A stretch of DNA of 64,000 nt from an uncultured Rhodobacteraceae bacterium (lineage in GTDB: Bacteria > Pseudomonadota > Alphaproteobacteria > Rhodobacterales > Rhodobacteraceae): contig CALESR010000270.1 in the NCBI GenBank assembly GCA_937907485.1, positions 3,200 through 67,199 on the forward strand. Reading direction: 5' to 3'. Positions 1 through 9,444 of this stretch are shown here, piece by piece (position 1 is the stretch's first letter; each line of letters begins with the position of its first letter). A program made the translations under genes and the position numbers. The notes below the pieces were generated by a model. It worked only from the letters and a program-made list of their open reading frames with translations, ran no database searches and had not been told where the DNA came from.

Positions 1-2
1 CG

Positions 3-743
3 ATCCCCGGCTTTGCCATTCTGGCGGGCTATGAGGCGGTGCGCGTGCTGCGGCCGCTGTTCGTCACGCCCGAGAGGGTTCTGGCCTGCGAGTTCCAGCG
101 CCTTGATGCTGCGCTCTTTGGCTTTGGCAGCGGCCTGACCCCGGCGGATTTCTTTGCCCGCCATCACGGGCTGGTGGCGGATCTGGTCTTTGGCCTGCCC
201 TATACCGTGTTCTGGGCGATGGTGCTGCTGTGGTGCGTGCTGTTGTTCCTGATCTCGCGCGGGCGGTTTCGGCGCTATCTGTGGGTGCTGGCGCTGACGC
301 ATCTGGCGGCCTTTGTCGTCTGGATGCTGCTGCCCGCTGCGCCGCCGTGGTATGTGCGCGCGCATGCCTGCGTCATCGACCTGAGCGTCGCGCCGCAGGC
401 CGCTGCCCTCAGCCGCCTCGATGCGCTGTTCGGCATCCGCTATTTCGAGGCCTTCTATAGCCGCGCGCCCACGGTCTTTGGCGCCTTTCCCTCGCTGCAT
501 GTGGCCTTTCCGGCGGTGGCGATGGTGACGGGCTGGCGCTGGTTCGGTCCGGCGGGGCGGGCCGTCACCGCCGCACTGACCCTGTGGATGATCGCGGCGA
601 GCGTGTATCTCGATCACCATTGGCTGATCGACGGGCTGGCGACGCTGGGGCTGGTGCTGGCGCTGCACGCTGTGCTGGTGCGGCTTTGGCCGGCCTATGC
701 GGCGCCCGATCCGGGCGCGCGCTGGCGCGAGGGGCCGCGATGA
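3..743 (+). CDS. Aur1-like inositol phosphorylceramide synthase / PAP2-superfamily phosphotransferase (5'-truncated by window edge)
   Basis: Frame is open from base 3. Membrane protein with PAAPPWY, VFGAFPSLH and YLDHHWLID, which parallel the fungal Aur1 conserved blocks (PAxxPWY, FGAFPSLH, HHYFVD) including both catalytic His and the Asp. Confidence 0.78.
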   Translation: MPGFAILAGYEAVRVLRPLFVTPERVLACEFQRLDAALFGFGSGLTPADFFARHHGLVADLVFGLPYTVFWAMVLLWCVLLFLISRGRFRRYLWVLALTHLAAFVVWMLLPAAPPWYVRAHACVIDLSVAPQAAALSRLDALFGIRYFEAFYSRAPTVFGAFPSLHVAFPAVAMVTGWRWFGPAGRAVTAALTLWMIAASVYLDHHWLIDGLATLGLVLALHAVLVRLWPAYAAPDPGARWREGPR

Positions 744-1891
744 CCCTGGAAATTCTGCCCGTGCTGGACCGCCGGTTGCTGGCGCAGTTCATCGACCTGC
801 CGCCCGCCCTGTATCAGGGTCTTGCGGGCTTTGTGGCGCCGCTGCGGATGGAGCGGGCGATGATGCTGGACCCGCGCAAGGCGCCGTTCTTTCGGCGCGG
901 GACGGTGCGGTATTGGCTGGCCCGGCGCGACGGGGTGACCGTGGGGCGGATTTCGGCGCAAATCGCCGCGGATCGGCCGGTCGGCGTGCCCGAGGCGACG
1001 GGCATGTTCGGCTGTCTCGATGCGATTGATGATCGCGCGGTGATCGCTGGGCTGATCGCCAAGGCCGAGGGCTGGCTGGCGAGACAGGGTTGCCGCCACG
1101 CCTTTGGGCCCTTCATGCTGAACATGAACGGCGAGCCGGGACTGCTGATCGACGGTTTTGAACAGCCGCCGATGACCCAGACGCCTTGGCACCCGCCCTA
1201 TCTGCGCGGCCATCTCGAGGCTCTGGGCTATGCCAAGTGGAAGGATCTGAATTCGTGGCGGCTCGATCTGCGCGGGGTCGAGGCCGCCACATTGCGCCAG
1301 TCCCTGCGCCTGCCGCGGCGGCGCGGCGAGGTGACCGCGCGGCCGATCACCCGGCGGTCGTTGCGGGCCGACCTGCCGATCCTGCGCGACCTTTACAACG
1401 ACGGCTGGCGCGACAACTGGGGGCATGTGCCGCTGAGCCTCAATGACCTGCAGGGCCTGCGCCTGCTGGCGCCCTTCCTGCCGCGCGAAACCGGCCGGGT
1501 GATCGAAATTGACGGCGCACCCGTGGCGATCTTGCTGGGCATTCCGGACATTTTCGAACTGTCGCGCGGGTTGGGGCCGCGGCCCTCGCCGTTGGGTTGG
1601 CTGCGGCTGGCCTGGCGCTCGCTGCGCTTTCGGCCGCGCAGCGGGCGCATCATCGTGATGGGGATCGCCGCGAACCTTCGCTACAGCGCTGCCGGGGCGG
1701 CGATCCTGTTGACACTGCTCGACGAGATGATCGACCAGCAGCAAGCCCTCGGCCTCGAGGCAATCGAAGGGGGCTGGGTATTGGAAGATAACGTCGCATT
1801 GACACGGCTGCTGGTTCGTTACAACTTTGCCGCCACACGGACTTTTCGCATCTTCGGCAAGACCTTCTCCGACGATGCCAGCCAGGGATAA
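740..1891 (+). CDS. bcerS: GNAT-fold acyltransferase of the YghO/bacterial ceramide synthase (bCerS) family
   Basis: ATG at 740 overlaps the upstream stop (ATGA). Motifs GRISAQI, GMFGCLDAIDD, AEGWL, GPFMLNMNGEPGLLIDGF, PWHPPY, GYAKWKDL, YNDGWRDNWGHVP and GWVLEDN match my recollection of this family. It lies near an SPT-like gene. Confidence 0.68.
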   Translation: MTLEILPVLDRRLLAQFIDLPPALYQGLAGFVAPLRMERAMMLDPRKAPFFRRGTVRYWLARRDGVTVGRISAQIAADRPVGVPEATGMFGCLDAIDDRAVIAGLIAKAEGWLARQGCRHAFGPFMLNMNGEPGLLIDGFEQPPMTQTPWHPPYLRGHLEALGYAKWKDLNSWRLDLRGVEAATLRQSLRLPRRRGEVTARPITRRSLRADLPILRDLYNDGWRDNWGHVPLSLNDLQGLRLLAPFLPRETGRVIEIDGAPVAILLGIPDIFELSRGLGPRPSPLGWLRLAWRSLRFRPRSGRIIVMGIAANLRYSAAGAAILLTLLDEMIDQQQALGLEAIEGGWVLEDNVALTRLLVRYNFAATRTFRIFGKTFSDDASQG

Positions 1892-1898
1892 CAGCTCG

Positions 1899-2240
1899 AT
1901 GACCGACAGCGACGTCAACATGGCCCCACCCGCCGAGCCCGAACGCGGCCCGGCGCCAACCGAGTGGCCGGTCCTGCCCGAAGAGGGGATGCTGGACAAG
2001 ATCCTGAAGATCGTGGTCGACGAGGGCAAGGTCGAGGCCGACGCCGTGCAACCCGTGGCCACCTTGGAATCGCTGGGCCTGATCTCGATCGACGTCATCA
2101 GCATCCTGATGGGAATCGAGGAGGAATTCGACGTCTATCTGCCGATGAGCGAGGAACTCTCCTCGGCGCGCAATCTGGCCGAGTTGATCGCCGTCATGGT
2201 CGCGCAGATGCGGCCGGACGAACTCAAGTCCATCGGCTGA
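1899..2240 (+). CDS. Dedicated acyl carrier protein (start may be 1899, 1920 or 1989)
   Basis: Small acidic protein with ATLESLGLISIDVISILMGIEEEFDV. The 4'-phosphopantetheine Ser is retained, in an atypical ISI rather than DSL context. Confidence 0.8.
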   Translation: MTDSDVNMAPPAEPERGPAPTEWPVLPEEGMLDKILKIVVDEGKVEADAVQPVATLESLGLISIDVISILMGIEEEFDVYLPMSEELSSARNLAELIAVMVAQMRPDELKSIG

Positions 2241-2248
2241 CCGGGGTC

Positions 2249-3466
2249 ATGGTGCGGGTCGCAATCACCGGATTTGGCGCCGTCAGTGCGGCTGGCATCG
2301 GCGCCGAGGCCCTGTGGCAGGCCGCGCGTGACGGGGTGTCGGGGGTGCGGCCGCTGGACATGCCCCGCAGCGAAACGCTGCGCGTGCGCATTGCGGCCGG
2401 TGTGCCGGAGTTTGATGCGGCGGCGTTGCTGGGCGGGTCGGTTCCCCGCACCAGCGAGCGCTTCAGCCAGTTCGCGATGGTCGCCGCCGCCGAGGCCGTG
2501 GCGCAGTCGGGGATCACCGCCGAGCAACTGGCCGGGCGACGCAGCGCGACGATCATCGGCACCGGGGTCGGCGGTGTCGGTACGATCGACGACAATTGTT
2601 ATCTCTTTTACAGCGAACAGCACTCCGGCGTGCGCGGCGAGGCGATGTCGGTGCCGCGCGTGATGCCCAGCTCTGCCGTGTCGCATGTGTCGATTGCGCA
2701 TGGCATCACCGGGCCCAGTTTCGGCATCGTCAGCGCCTGCGCCTCGGGGGCACAATCCATCGGCGTGGCGATGCAGATGATTCGGTCGGGCATGGTGGAC
2801 CGCGCGCTGGCGGGTGGCACCGAGGCCTGCATCACCCCGGTGACGATGCGCGGTTGGGAGATGCTGCGCGTGCTGTCACCGCGCGCCTGCCAGCCGTTTT
2901 CGGCGGACCGCACCGGCATGGTGCTGGGCGAGGGCGCGGCGGTGTTCTTGCTGGAATCCGAGGAGTCGGCCCACGCACGCGGCGCGACAGTGCTGGCGTG
3001 GCTGGACGGCTATGGCACCAGCAGCGATGCGCGCGACATGATCCAGCCCGATGCCGAGGGCGCGGCCACCGCGATGCGCGAGGCACTGGCGGATGCGGGC
3101 GTCACGCCGGGGCAGATCGGCTATGTCAACGCGCATGGCACCGGCACCGTGCTCAATGACGTGAACGAGGCCGCCGCCCTGCGCGCCGTCTTCGGAGAGG
3201 CGATTCAATCGGTGCCGGTGTCGTCGTCAAAGCCGATTCTGGGCCATACGTTGGGGGCCGCCGGGGCGCTGGAACTGGTCGTCGCGGTGCAGGCCCTTCG
3301 GCATCAGATGGTGCCGCCGCAGGTAAACCTGACCCGGCCCGACCCGAAATGTGCGCTGAACCTGCCAACCGGCGCGGCGCAACCGGCCGACCTCGACGCC
3401 GTGCTGTCGAATTCCTTTGCCTTTGGCGGCATCAACGCCGTGTTGCTGGTGCGCCGCGCGCCATGA
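2249..3466 (+). CDS. Beta-ketoacyl-ACP synthase II family (FabF/NodE-like)
   Basis: Catalytic Cys-His-His triad in SACASG, NAHGTGT and GHTLGAAG; C-terminal SNSFAFGGINA. The segment WEMLRVLSPRACQPFSADRTGMVLGEG resembles NodE-type enzymes. Confidence 0.92.
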   Translation: MVRVAITGFGAVSAAGIGAEALWQAARDGVSGVRPLDMPRSETLRVRIAAGVPEFDAAALLGGSVPRTSERFSQFAMVAAAEAVAQSGITAEQLAGRRSATIIGTGVGGVGTIDDNCYLFYSEQHSGVRGEAMSVPRVMPSSAVSHVSIAHGITGPSFGIVSACASGAQSIGVAMQMIRSGMVDRALAGGTEACITPVTMRGWEMLRVLSPRACQPFSADRTGMVLGEGAAVFLLESEESAHARGATVLAWLDGYGTSSDARDMIQPDAEGAATAMREALADAGVTPGQIGYVNAHGTGTVLNDVNEAAALRAVFGEAIQSVPVSSSKPILGHTLGAAGALELVVAVQALRHQMVPPQVNLTRPDPKCALNLPTGAAQPADLDAVLSNSFAFGGINAVLLVRRAP

Positions 3467-3864
3467 GCGCCGCGCCGCGCGCCCTTGGCACCTATGAGGT
3501 CACCGTCGAGGCCGCAGCCGCAGCCGCCCTCGCCGCCGCCTTGGGGCGGAGGGGCCCCGAGGGCCCCGTGCCGCTGACCTATCCGCTGATCTGGCTGGCG
3601 GCGCCTGCCGTCCGTCTGGCCTTGCAGGCCGAACTGGCGGGTGAGGGGGCCCTGGCCCTGCCGGTCCACATTGAACAGCGCATTGCGCTGAGCGCGCCCT
3701 TGGTGATCGGTGCGGCCTATCGGCTGGTTCTGACCCTCGACGGTCCCGATGCGCGGCGCATTCTGCGGCTCGACGGCACGCTGCACGACAGCGCCGGGCA
3801 AGAGGTGGGCACCCTGCGCACCGGCCTTGCACTGGTGGCACTGCCGCAGGGCGCAGGCGCATGA
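3463..3864 (+). CDS. Hot-dog-fold protein, probable non-catalytic partner of the downstream MaoC dehydratase
   Basis: ATGA-coupled to the KS. P(L)TYP and PVHIEQRIALSAPLVIG pattern is typical of MaoC N-terminal/HadA-like subunits; no DxNPxH motif. Confidence 0.55.
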   Translation: MSAAPRALGTYEVTVEAAAAAALAAALGRRGPEGPVPLTYPLIWLAAPAVRLALQAELAGEGALALPVHIEQRIALSAPLVIGAAYRLVLTLDGPDARRILRLDGTLHDSAGQEVGTLRTGLALVALPQGAGA

Positions 3865-4259
3865 GCGGCGCGCTGCCTGTCGGTACGCGCCTGCCGGGTG
3901 TCGATCTGCCGCTGGCCGATGCCGAGGCGGTGCAGGCCTATCTGGCGGTGTCTGGCGATGACAACCCGCTGCACCGCGACCCCTCGATGGCGCGCGCGGC
4001 GGGCTTTGACGATAGTCTGGTGCCGGGGATGCTGGTGATGGGCCAGATGGCCGAGGTGCTGCACAATTGGCCCGCCTGCGCCGCGATCGACTGGATGCTG
4101 TGCCGCTTTGTCGATCCGGTGATCGTTGGCACTGCGCTGCGCTGCGAGGGGCGGGTTGTGGCGCAGGATCCTTCGGGAGGCGTGATCCTGCGGCTGACGG
4201 CAGGGGTCGGGCGGCGCCCTGCTGTGGTGGCCGAGGCGCTCATCCGCCCGTCGCCCTGA
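3861..4259 (+). CDS. MaoC-family (R)-hydroxyacyl dehydratase
   Basis: Hydratase motif SGDDNPLHRDPSMARAAGFDDSLVPGML and RFVDPV; ATGA-coupled to the upstream ORF. Confidence 0.82.
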   Translation: MSGALPVGTRLPGVDLPLADAEAVQAYLAVSGDDNPLHRDPSMARAAGFDDSLVPGMLVMGQMAEVLHNWPACAAIDWMLCRFVDPVIVGTALRCEGRVVAQDPSGGVILRLTAGVGRRPAVVAEALIRPSP

Positions 4260-5367
4260 GGCGTCGGCGCATCCGCCAGCCGCCGATCCCCAGCGCCAGC
4301 GCGCAGCCCCCCAACACTGCGACGGGCAGGCCCCAGGCGGCCCAGACCGGCGCGATGCGCCCGTATTCCCCCAGCGCGGAAAAGACGTTGCCGCCCAGAT
4401 TCAGCGCATAGGCCGCGCCGAGGATGACCAGCGGCGTCATCAGCCCGCGCCGCGCCGCCAGCCAGCGCAGGCTGAGGCTGGCGACCAGCAGCGCCATCGC
4501 CACCATGGCGGCCAAGGCCGCATGGCGCTCGTTCAGTGCGGCGCGATAGGCGTCGGCGGCCGGAACGCCGCCCGCGGCGTGCGCAATGCGCGTCAGTGCG
4601 TCCTGCGGCACCAGGCGGGGCTCGACCCCGGCATGGGCCAGCCAGTCGGTGTTGATGGCCAAGGGCACGCGGGCGTCGCTCGGGCCCCCGGCTGGCCAAG
4701 TGGCATGGGCGCCCGTCAACAGAACGGCGCCGTCAACCGGGCGCGCCTCGTCAGCCCAGATCACCCGCTCCAGCCGGTTTTCGCCGTCCAGAAGGAACAG
4801 CCGCAGATCGACCAGCACCGGCCCTGTGGCCTCGAACCGCAGACCGGCATGGACCAGCGCCGCCCCGAAATCATGCCATTCGGGCGGCGCGCTGCCGCCT
4901 GCGAAGCCTGCGCCGTAATAGCGAAACCCGGCCTCGCCCTGCGCCTTGACGGCATGGGGGCGCACATGGGCCAGCAGCGCGACTTGCGCCAGACCAAAGG
5001 CCACCCCGACCACCAGCGCGGGCATCAGCGACAACAGGGGCGCCCGCCCGGTGTTGGCGATCATCGCGCGCTCGTGCCCGCGTGTCAGGTCGAATTCCAC
5101 CCAAAGGATGCCGATCCCCATGCCGATCGGCAGGATTGCAGGCAAGTTGTAGAGCGCACGCAGCCACAGATACCAGGCCAGACGGGGGGCGCCCTCGGGC
5201 ATCGCGGCCACGCCCTGGGCCGTCAGCACCCGGTCGTAATGCCCGGCCAGATCCAGCGCCAACACCAGCGCCAACGCCAGCGCCACCACCAGCGCGGTGC
5301 GCAGTGCATAAAGCCGGGCGACATAGCGGGTTTCCAGCCCGAAGACGGCGAGCGGCGGGCGGGTCAC
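4240..5367 (-). CDS. LptF/LptG-family permease (LptG-like paralog)
   Basis: GTG at 5367 overlaps the stop of the upstream permease. RYV..Y N-terminus, three N-terminal TMs, LPAILPIG...E..M...G motif, periplasmic beta region, three C-terminal TMs with P..AAW.P. Confidence 0.7.
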   Translation of the reverse strand: MTRPPLAVFGLETRYVARLYALRTALVVALALALVLALDLAGHYDRVLTAQGVAAMPEGAPRLAWYLWLRALYNLPAILPIGMGIGILWVEFDLTRGHERAMIANTGRAPLLSLMPALVVGVAFGLAQVALLAHVRPHAVKAQGEAGFRYYGAGFAGGSAPPEWHDFGAALVHAGLRFEATGPVLVDLRLFLLDGENRLERVIWADEARPVDGAVLLTGAHATWPAGGPSDARVPLAINTDWLAHAGVEPRLVPQDALTRIAHAAGGVPAADAYRAALNERHAALAAMVAMALLVASLSLRWLAARRGLMTPLVILGAAYALNLGGNVFSALGEYGRIAPVWAAWGLPVAVLGGCALALGIGGWRMRRRLRATGG

Positions 5368-6524
5368 AATCGTATCCCCTGAGGCAGAACCGATCCCGGC
5401 AAAAGCCGGGCCATCAGCCACGACACCAGCGCGACCAGTGCCAGCGCCAACCCGGCCACCGAGGCCAGGGCCGCCCCAGGCGGCAGACCGCCCAGCAGCG
5501 CCGCGCCCGGCGACAGTGCCAGCCCACCGCCGAGCACCGCACCCAAGGCCACCGGCAGCGCCGCCAACCGCAGCGGTCCGCGAGTCGCCGCCAGCGCCAG
5601 CCCGGCGATCAGCGGCGCGGTCAGTGCCAGCGCCATGCCCAGCACCCGTTCCAGCGCGACCTGTCCGGCGCGCGCATTTCCGCCGAACCAGTCCTGCACC
5701 ACCTCGGGCAGGGTCGCCGTGCGCAGGGTTTCCCCCGGGCCCGGTGCGCCCGGCAGGTCGATGCGCACCGGACCCAGACGCATGCGCTCGACAGCGATCT
5801 GCAGCCCGGCGGTGCGCGTCTGCCCCTCGGTGCGGGAGAACTGGATGATCCGTGCGCCTTCGAGGTCGAGCGCGCCACTCGCCGCGCCGGTGTCGAGGAT
5901 CAGCCGGGTACGCGCGGCGGTGACCACTTGCTCTTCATCGGGATTCGGCCTGAGGAAAACGAAACTGCGTGCCCCGTCGCGGCCCTGCGGCTGCTGGTAA
6001 AAGGTCGTGCTGCCGATGCTCAGGAACCGCCCCTCGATCAGCTGCCCCTGTCGCACGGCCTCGAACTGCGCCTCGATCAGGCGCTGCGTCAGATGCCGGG
6101 CCGCCAGAGGTTCGACAAAACCGCGTAGGCCACCGGCGAGGGTCATCGCGACCAGACCCAGCAGCAGGCAAAAGCCGATCAAGGCGCGCGGTGGCACCCT
6201 GGCCGCGGCGAGAATCACCAGATCACCCGCCTCGCGCCGTCGCAGCAGCGCCAGATAGACCGCGATCACCACCGCCAGTGGCAGGCCGACCGACAGGATC
6301 TCGGGCGAGGCCAGAACCAGCGTCTGAGCAAGGAACCCCAGCCCCAACTGGTTGCGCAGCGTGTCGAACAGCAGATGCGTGACCATCTTGTCGGAAAGGT
6401 AAAGCGCCTCGACCGCCAGAAGCATCAGCGCCATCTGCCCGATGACCTCGCGGCCCAGCACACGCAGATAGCGGCGCGGCAGGCGGGCGGTTCGGGGCGT
6501 GGCGAGCTGGGGGGCGGTTTGCAT
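5364..6524 (-). CDS. LptF/LptG-family permease (LptF-like paralog)
   Basis: RRYLRVLGRE, PEILSVGLPLA..IAVYLALLRRREAGDLVILAAA, FVEPLA and IEGRF follow the YjgP/YjgQ pattern. Confidence 0.75.
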   Translation of the reverse strand: MQTAPQLATPRTARLPRRYLRVLGREVIGQMALMLLAVEALYLSDKMVTHLLFDTLRNQLGLGFLAQTLVLASPEILSVGLPLAVVIAVYLALLRRREAGDLVILAAARVPPRALIGFCLLLGLVAMTLAGGLRGFVEPLAARHLTQRLIEAQFEAVRQGQLIEGRFLSIGSTTFYQQPQGRDGARSFVFLRPNPDEEQVVTAARTRLILDTGAASGALDLEGARIIQFSRTEGQTRTAGLQIAVERMRLGPVRIDLPGAPGPGETLRTATLPEVVQDWFGGNARAGQVALERVLGMALALTAPLIAGLALAATRGPLRLAALPVALGAVLGGGLALSPGAALLGGLPPGAALASVAGLALALVALVSWLMARLLPGSVLPQGIRL

Positions 6525-6531
6525 GGGCGGG

Positions 6532-7272
6532 CTATCGCGCTGGGCCAAGCCAGAGCGCCCGCAGCGCCGGGTCGCCGGCGATCTCGTCAGGGGGCGCGTC
6601 ATGCAGCACGATGCCCTGCGCGATCACGACCACGCGGTCGCAGATCGACAATGTGTCGTGCACATTGTGGTCGGTGACCAGAATGCCGATGCCCCGCGCG
6701 GCCAGATCGCGGATCTGCGCCTTGACCTGTGCAATCGACAGCGGGTCGAGCCCGGAAAACGGCTCGTCCAGCAGCAGATACCGTGGCTGAACGGCAAGGA
6801 GCCGGGCGATTTCGCAGCGCCGCCGTTGCCCGCCCGATACCTGCCGCGGTTTGGCGTCCCGCACCTCGGTCAGGCCCATGTCGCTCAGCAGAGTCTCCAG
6901 TCGCGCCTCGCGGATGGAGCGGTCGGGTTCGTGGTTTTGCAGCGCCAGACGGATATTGTCGGCCAGGCTGAGGCCGCGAAAGGCCGAGGGTTCCTGCGGC
7001 AGATAGCCAAGGCCGCAGCGCGCGCGTGCGTAAGGTGCAAGGCCGGTCAGGTCGCGTCCGTCGAGCAGCACTCGGCCACGGTCGGGCGACTCGGCGCCGG
7101 TCAGCAGGCGGTAGATCGTGGTTTTCCCGGCGCCATTCGGCCCCAGCAGACCGACGATCTGGCCGGGTTGCACGGCAAAGCTGGCATCCGCAACCGCCTG
7201 CACGCCGCGATAGCGCTTTGACAGACCGACCGCAGCTAGCGAGGGCAGGGTGTCAGGGGGGCCGTCGGTCAT
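6532..7272 (-). CDS. LptB-like ABC ATPase
   Basis: Walker A GPNGAGKTT, LGYLPQEPSAFRGL, signature VSGGQRRRCEIAR, Walker B LLLDEPFSGLDP, and the LptB-typical GIGILVTDHNVHDTL. ATG at 7272 is coupled to the upstream stop. Confidence 0.9.
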   Translation of the reverse strand: MTDGPPDTLPSLAAVGLSKRYRGVQAVADASFAVQPGQIVGLLGPNGAGKTTIYRLLTGAESPDRGRVLLDGRDLTGLAPYARARCGLGYLPQEPSAFRGLSLADNIRLALQNHEPDRSIREARLETLLSDMGLTEVRDAKPRQVSGGQRRRCEIARLLAVQPRYLLLDEPFSGLDPLSIAQVKAQIRDLAARGIGILVTDHNVHDTLSICDRVVVIAQGIVLHDAPPDEIAGDPALRALWLGPAR

Positions 7273-8261
7273 GACGCCGATTTCGGCCCGGACGGCATCG
7301 CGCCCAGTCCCAGTGCCACCACGCCGACGATCAGCACCGTCACCAGCATGAGGCCTTGATGCAGCACGCCGATGGCGATGGCCTGCGCAGGGGGGGTGCC
7401 CAGCGCGGCATAGGTCGAGACCACCGCCAGGGCCTGTGGGCCCAGATGCACCGGCGCCAGCGGCAGCAGCGACACCAGACTGATCGAGGCCACCGCCAGC
7501 AGCGCCAGCGCGGGCGAGGCCTGAATACCCAGCGCGTGCTGCAGCGCCAGCGCGGCGGCGACCTCGAGCGCCTTCTTGGCCAGCGCCAGTATGGTTCCCG
7601 GCACCAGCACCCGGCGGCGCAGCAACTGCCCGACGTCCGACGCATAGCGGGCGATCACCCCGCCGATCCGCGCCGTCCAACGCTGCCCAAAGCGGCGCAA
7701 AGCGAAGAGCAGCAGGCCCAGTCCCAGCATCCCGGCGGTCAGCGCAAGGGTCGCGTGGCGCAGCGACTCTGGCAGCGGGGCGAGCGCAAGAGCCAGCGCC
7801 AGCAAGGCCAGTTTGGCCGCTCCGGCCAGCACCTGATCGAGGGTCATGACCCCCGTGGCCTCGGCCGGCGTCAATCCGGCATGGGCGTGCAGCGCCGCGG
7901 CCCCCGTGGCGACACCGCCGAGGCCGGACACCGCAAACCGCGCGCCGATCGACAGCGCGACAACCTGCGCCATCACCGGCCAGCGCACCCGGCGCAGCGG
8001 TGCGGCAAGGCACCGCCATTGCCAGACCCAGAGAGGATAGACCGCCAGACTGGCCGCCAGCGCCAGCGCCAGCAAGGCAGAATCTGTCGCGGCCAGTGCA
8101 AGGCCGACCTGCTGCCACGGCGTCAGAACGATCCCCAGAACCAGCAATCCGCCGATGACCAGCGCCGCACCCGCCACCACCAGCCGCCGACCTCGGCCCA
8201 AAGGGCCAGTCGAGCGCAGCGGCGCATGCAGCGAGGCTGCGTCGCGATGTCCTATGCGCAT
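7269..8261 (-). CDS. YbhN/UPF0104 (lysylphosphatidylglycerol synthase TM domain) flippase-like membrane protein
   Basis: Polytopic hydrophobic protein with W.W..L, LPLAPVHLGPQ..AV...Y..LG and A.AIGVLH.G, the typical LPG_synthase_TM layout. Start is uncertain. Confidence 0.68.
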   Translation of the reverse strand: MRIGHRDAASLHAPLRSTGPLGRGRRLVVAGAALVIGGLLVLGIVLTPWQQVGLALAATDSALLALALAASLAVYPLWVWQWRCLAAPLRRVRWPVMAQVVALSIGARFAVSGLGGVATGAAALHAHAGLTPAEATGVMTLDQVLAGAAKLALLALALALAPLPESLRHATLALTAGMLGLGLLLFALRRFGQRWTARIGGVIARYASDVGQLLRRRVLVPGTILALAKKALEVAAALALQHALGIQASPALALLAVASISLVSLLPLAPVHLGPQALAVVSTYAALGTPPAQAIAIGVLHQGLMLVTVLIVGVVALGLGAMPSGPKSAS

Positions 8262-8340
8262 GCCGGGGTTACCAACTGGCTGGTGAAGGGGACAGAAGCT
8301 TGATATCTGGAATTGTTAGTCAAATCAGGATGAGAAAGCA

Positions 8341-9423
<1,083 letters not shown>

Positions 9424-9444
9424 GGGCGGTGGCGACAGGGGCGG

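Noticed and set aside
4240-7272. Housekeeping LPS transport locus
   Set aside because: Lacks the usual neighbours (lptA/lptC/kdsD/rpoN for lptB; pepA/lptD/surA for lptFG), and the permeases are divergent.
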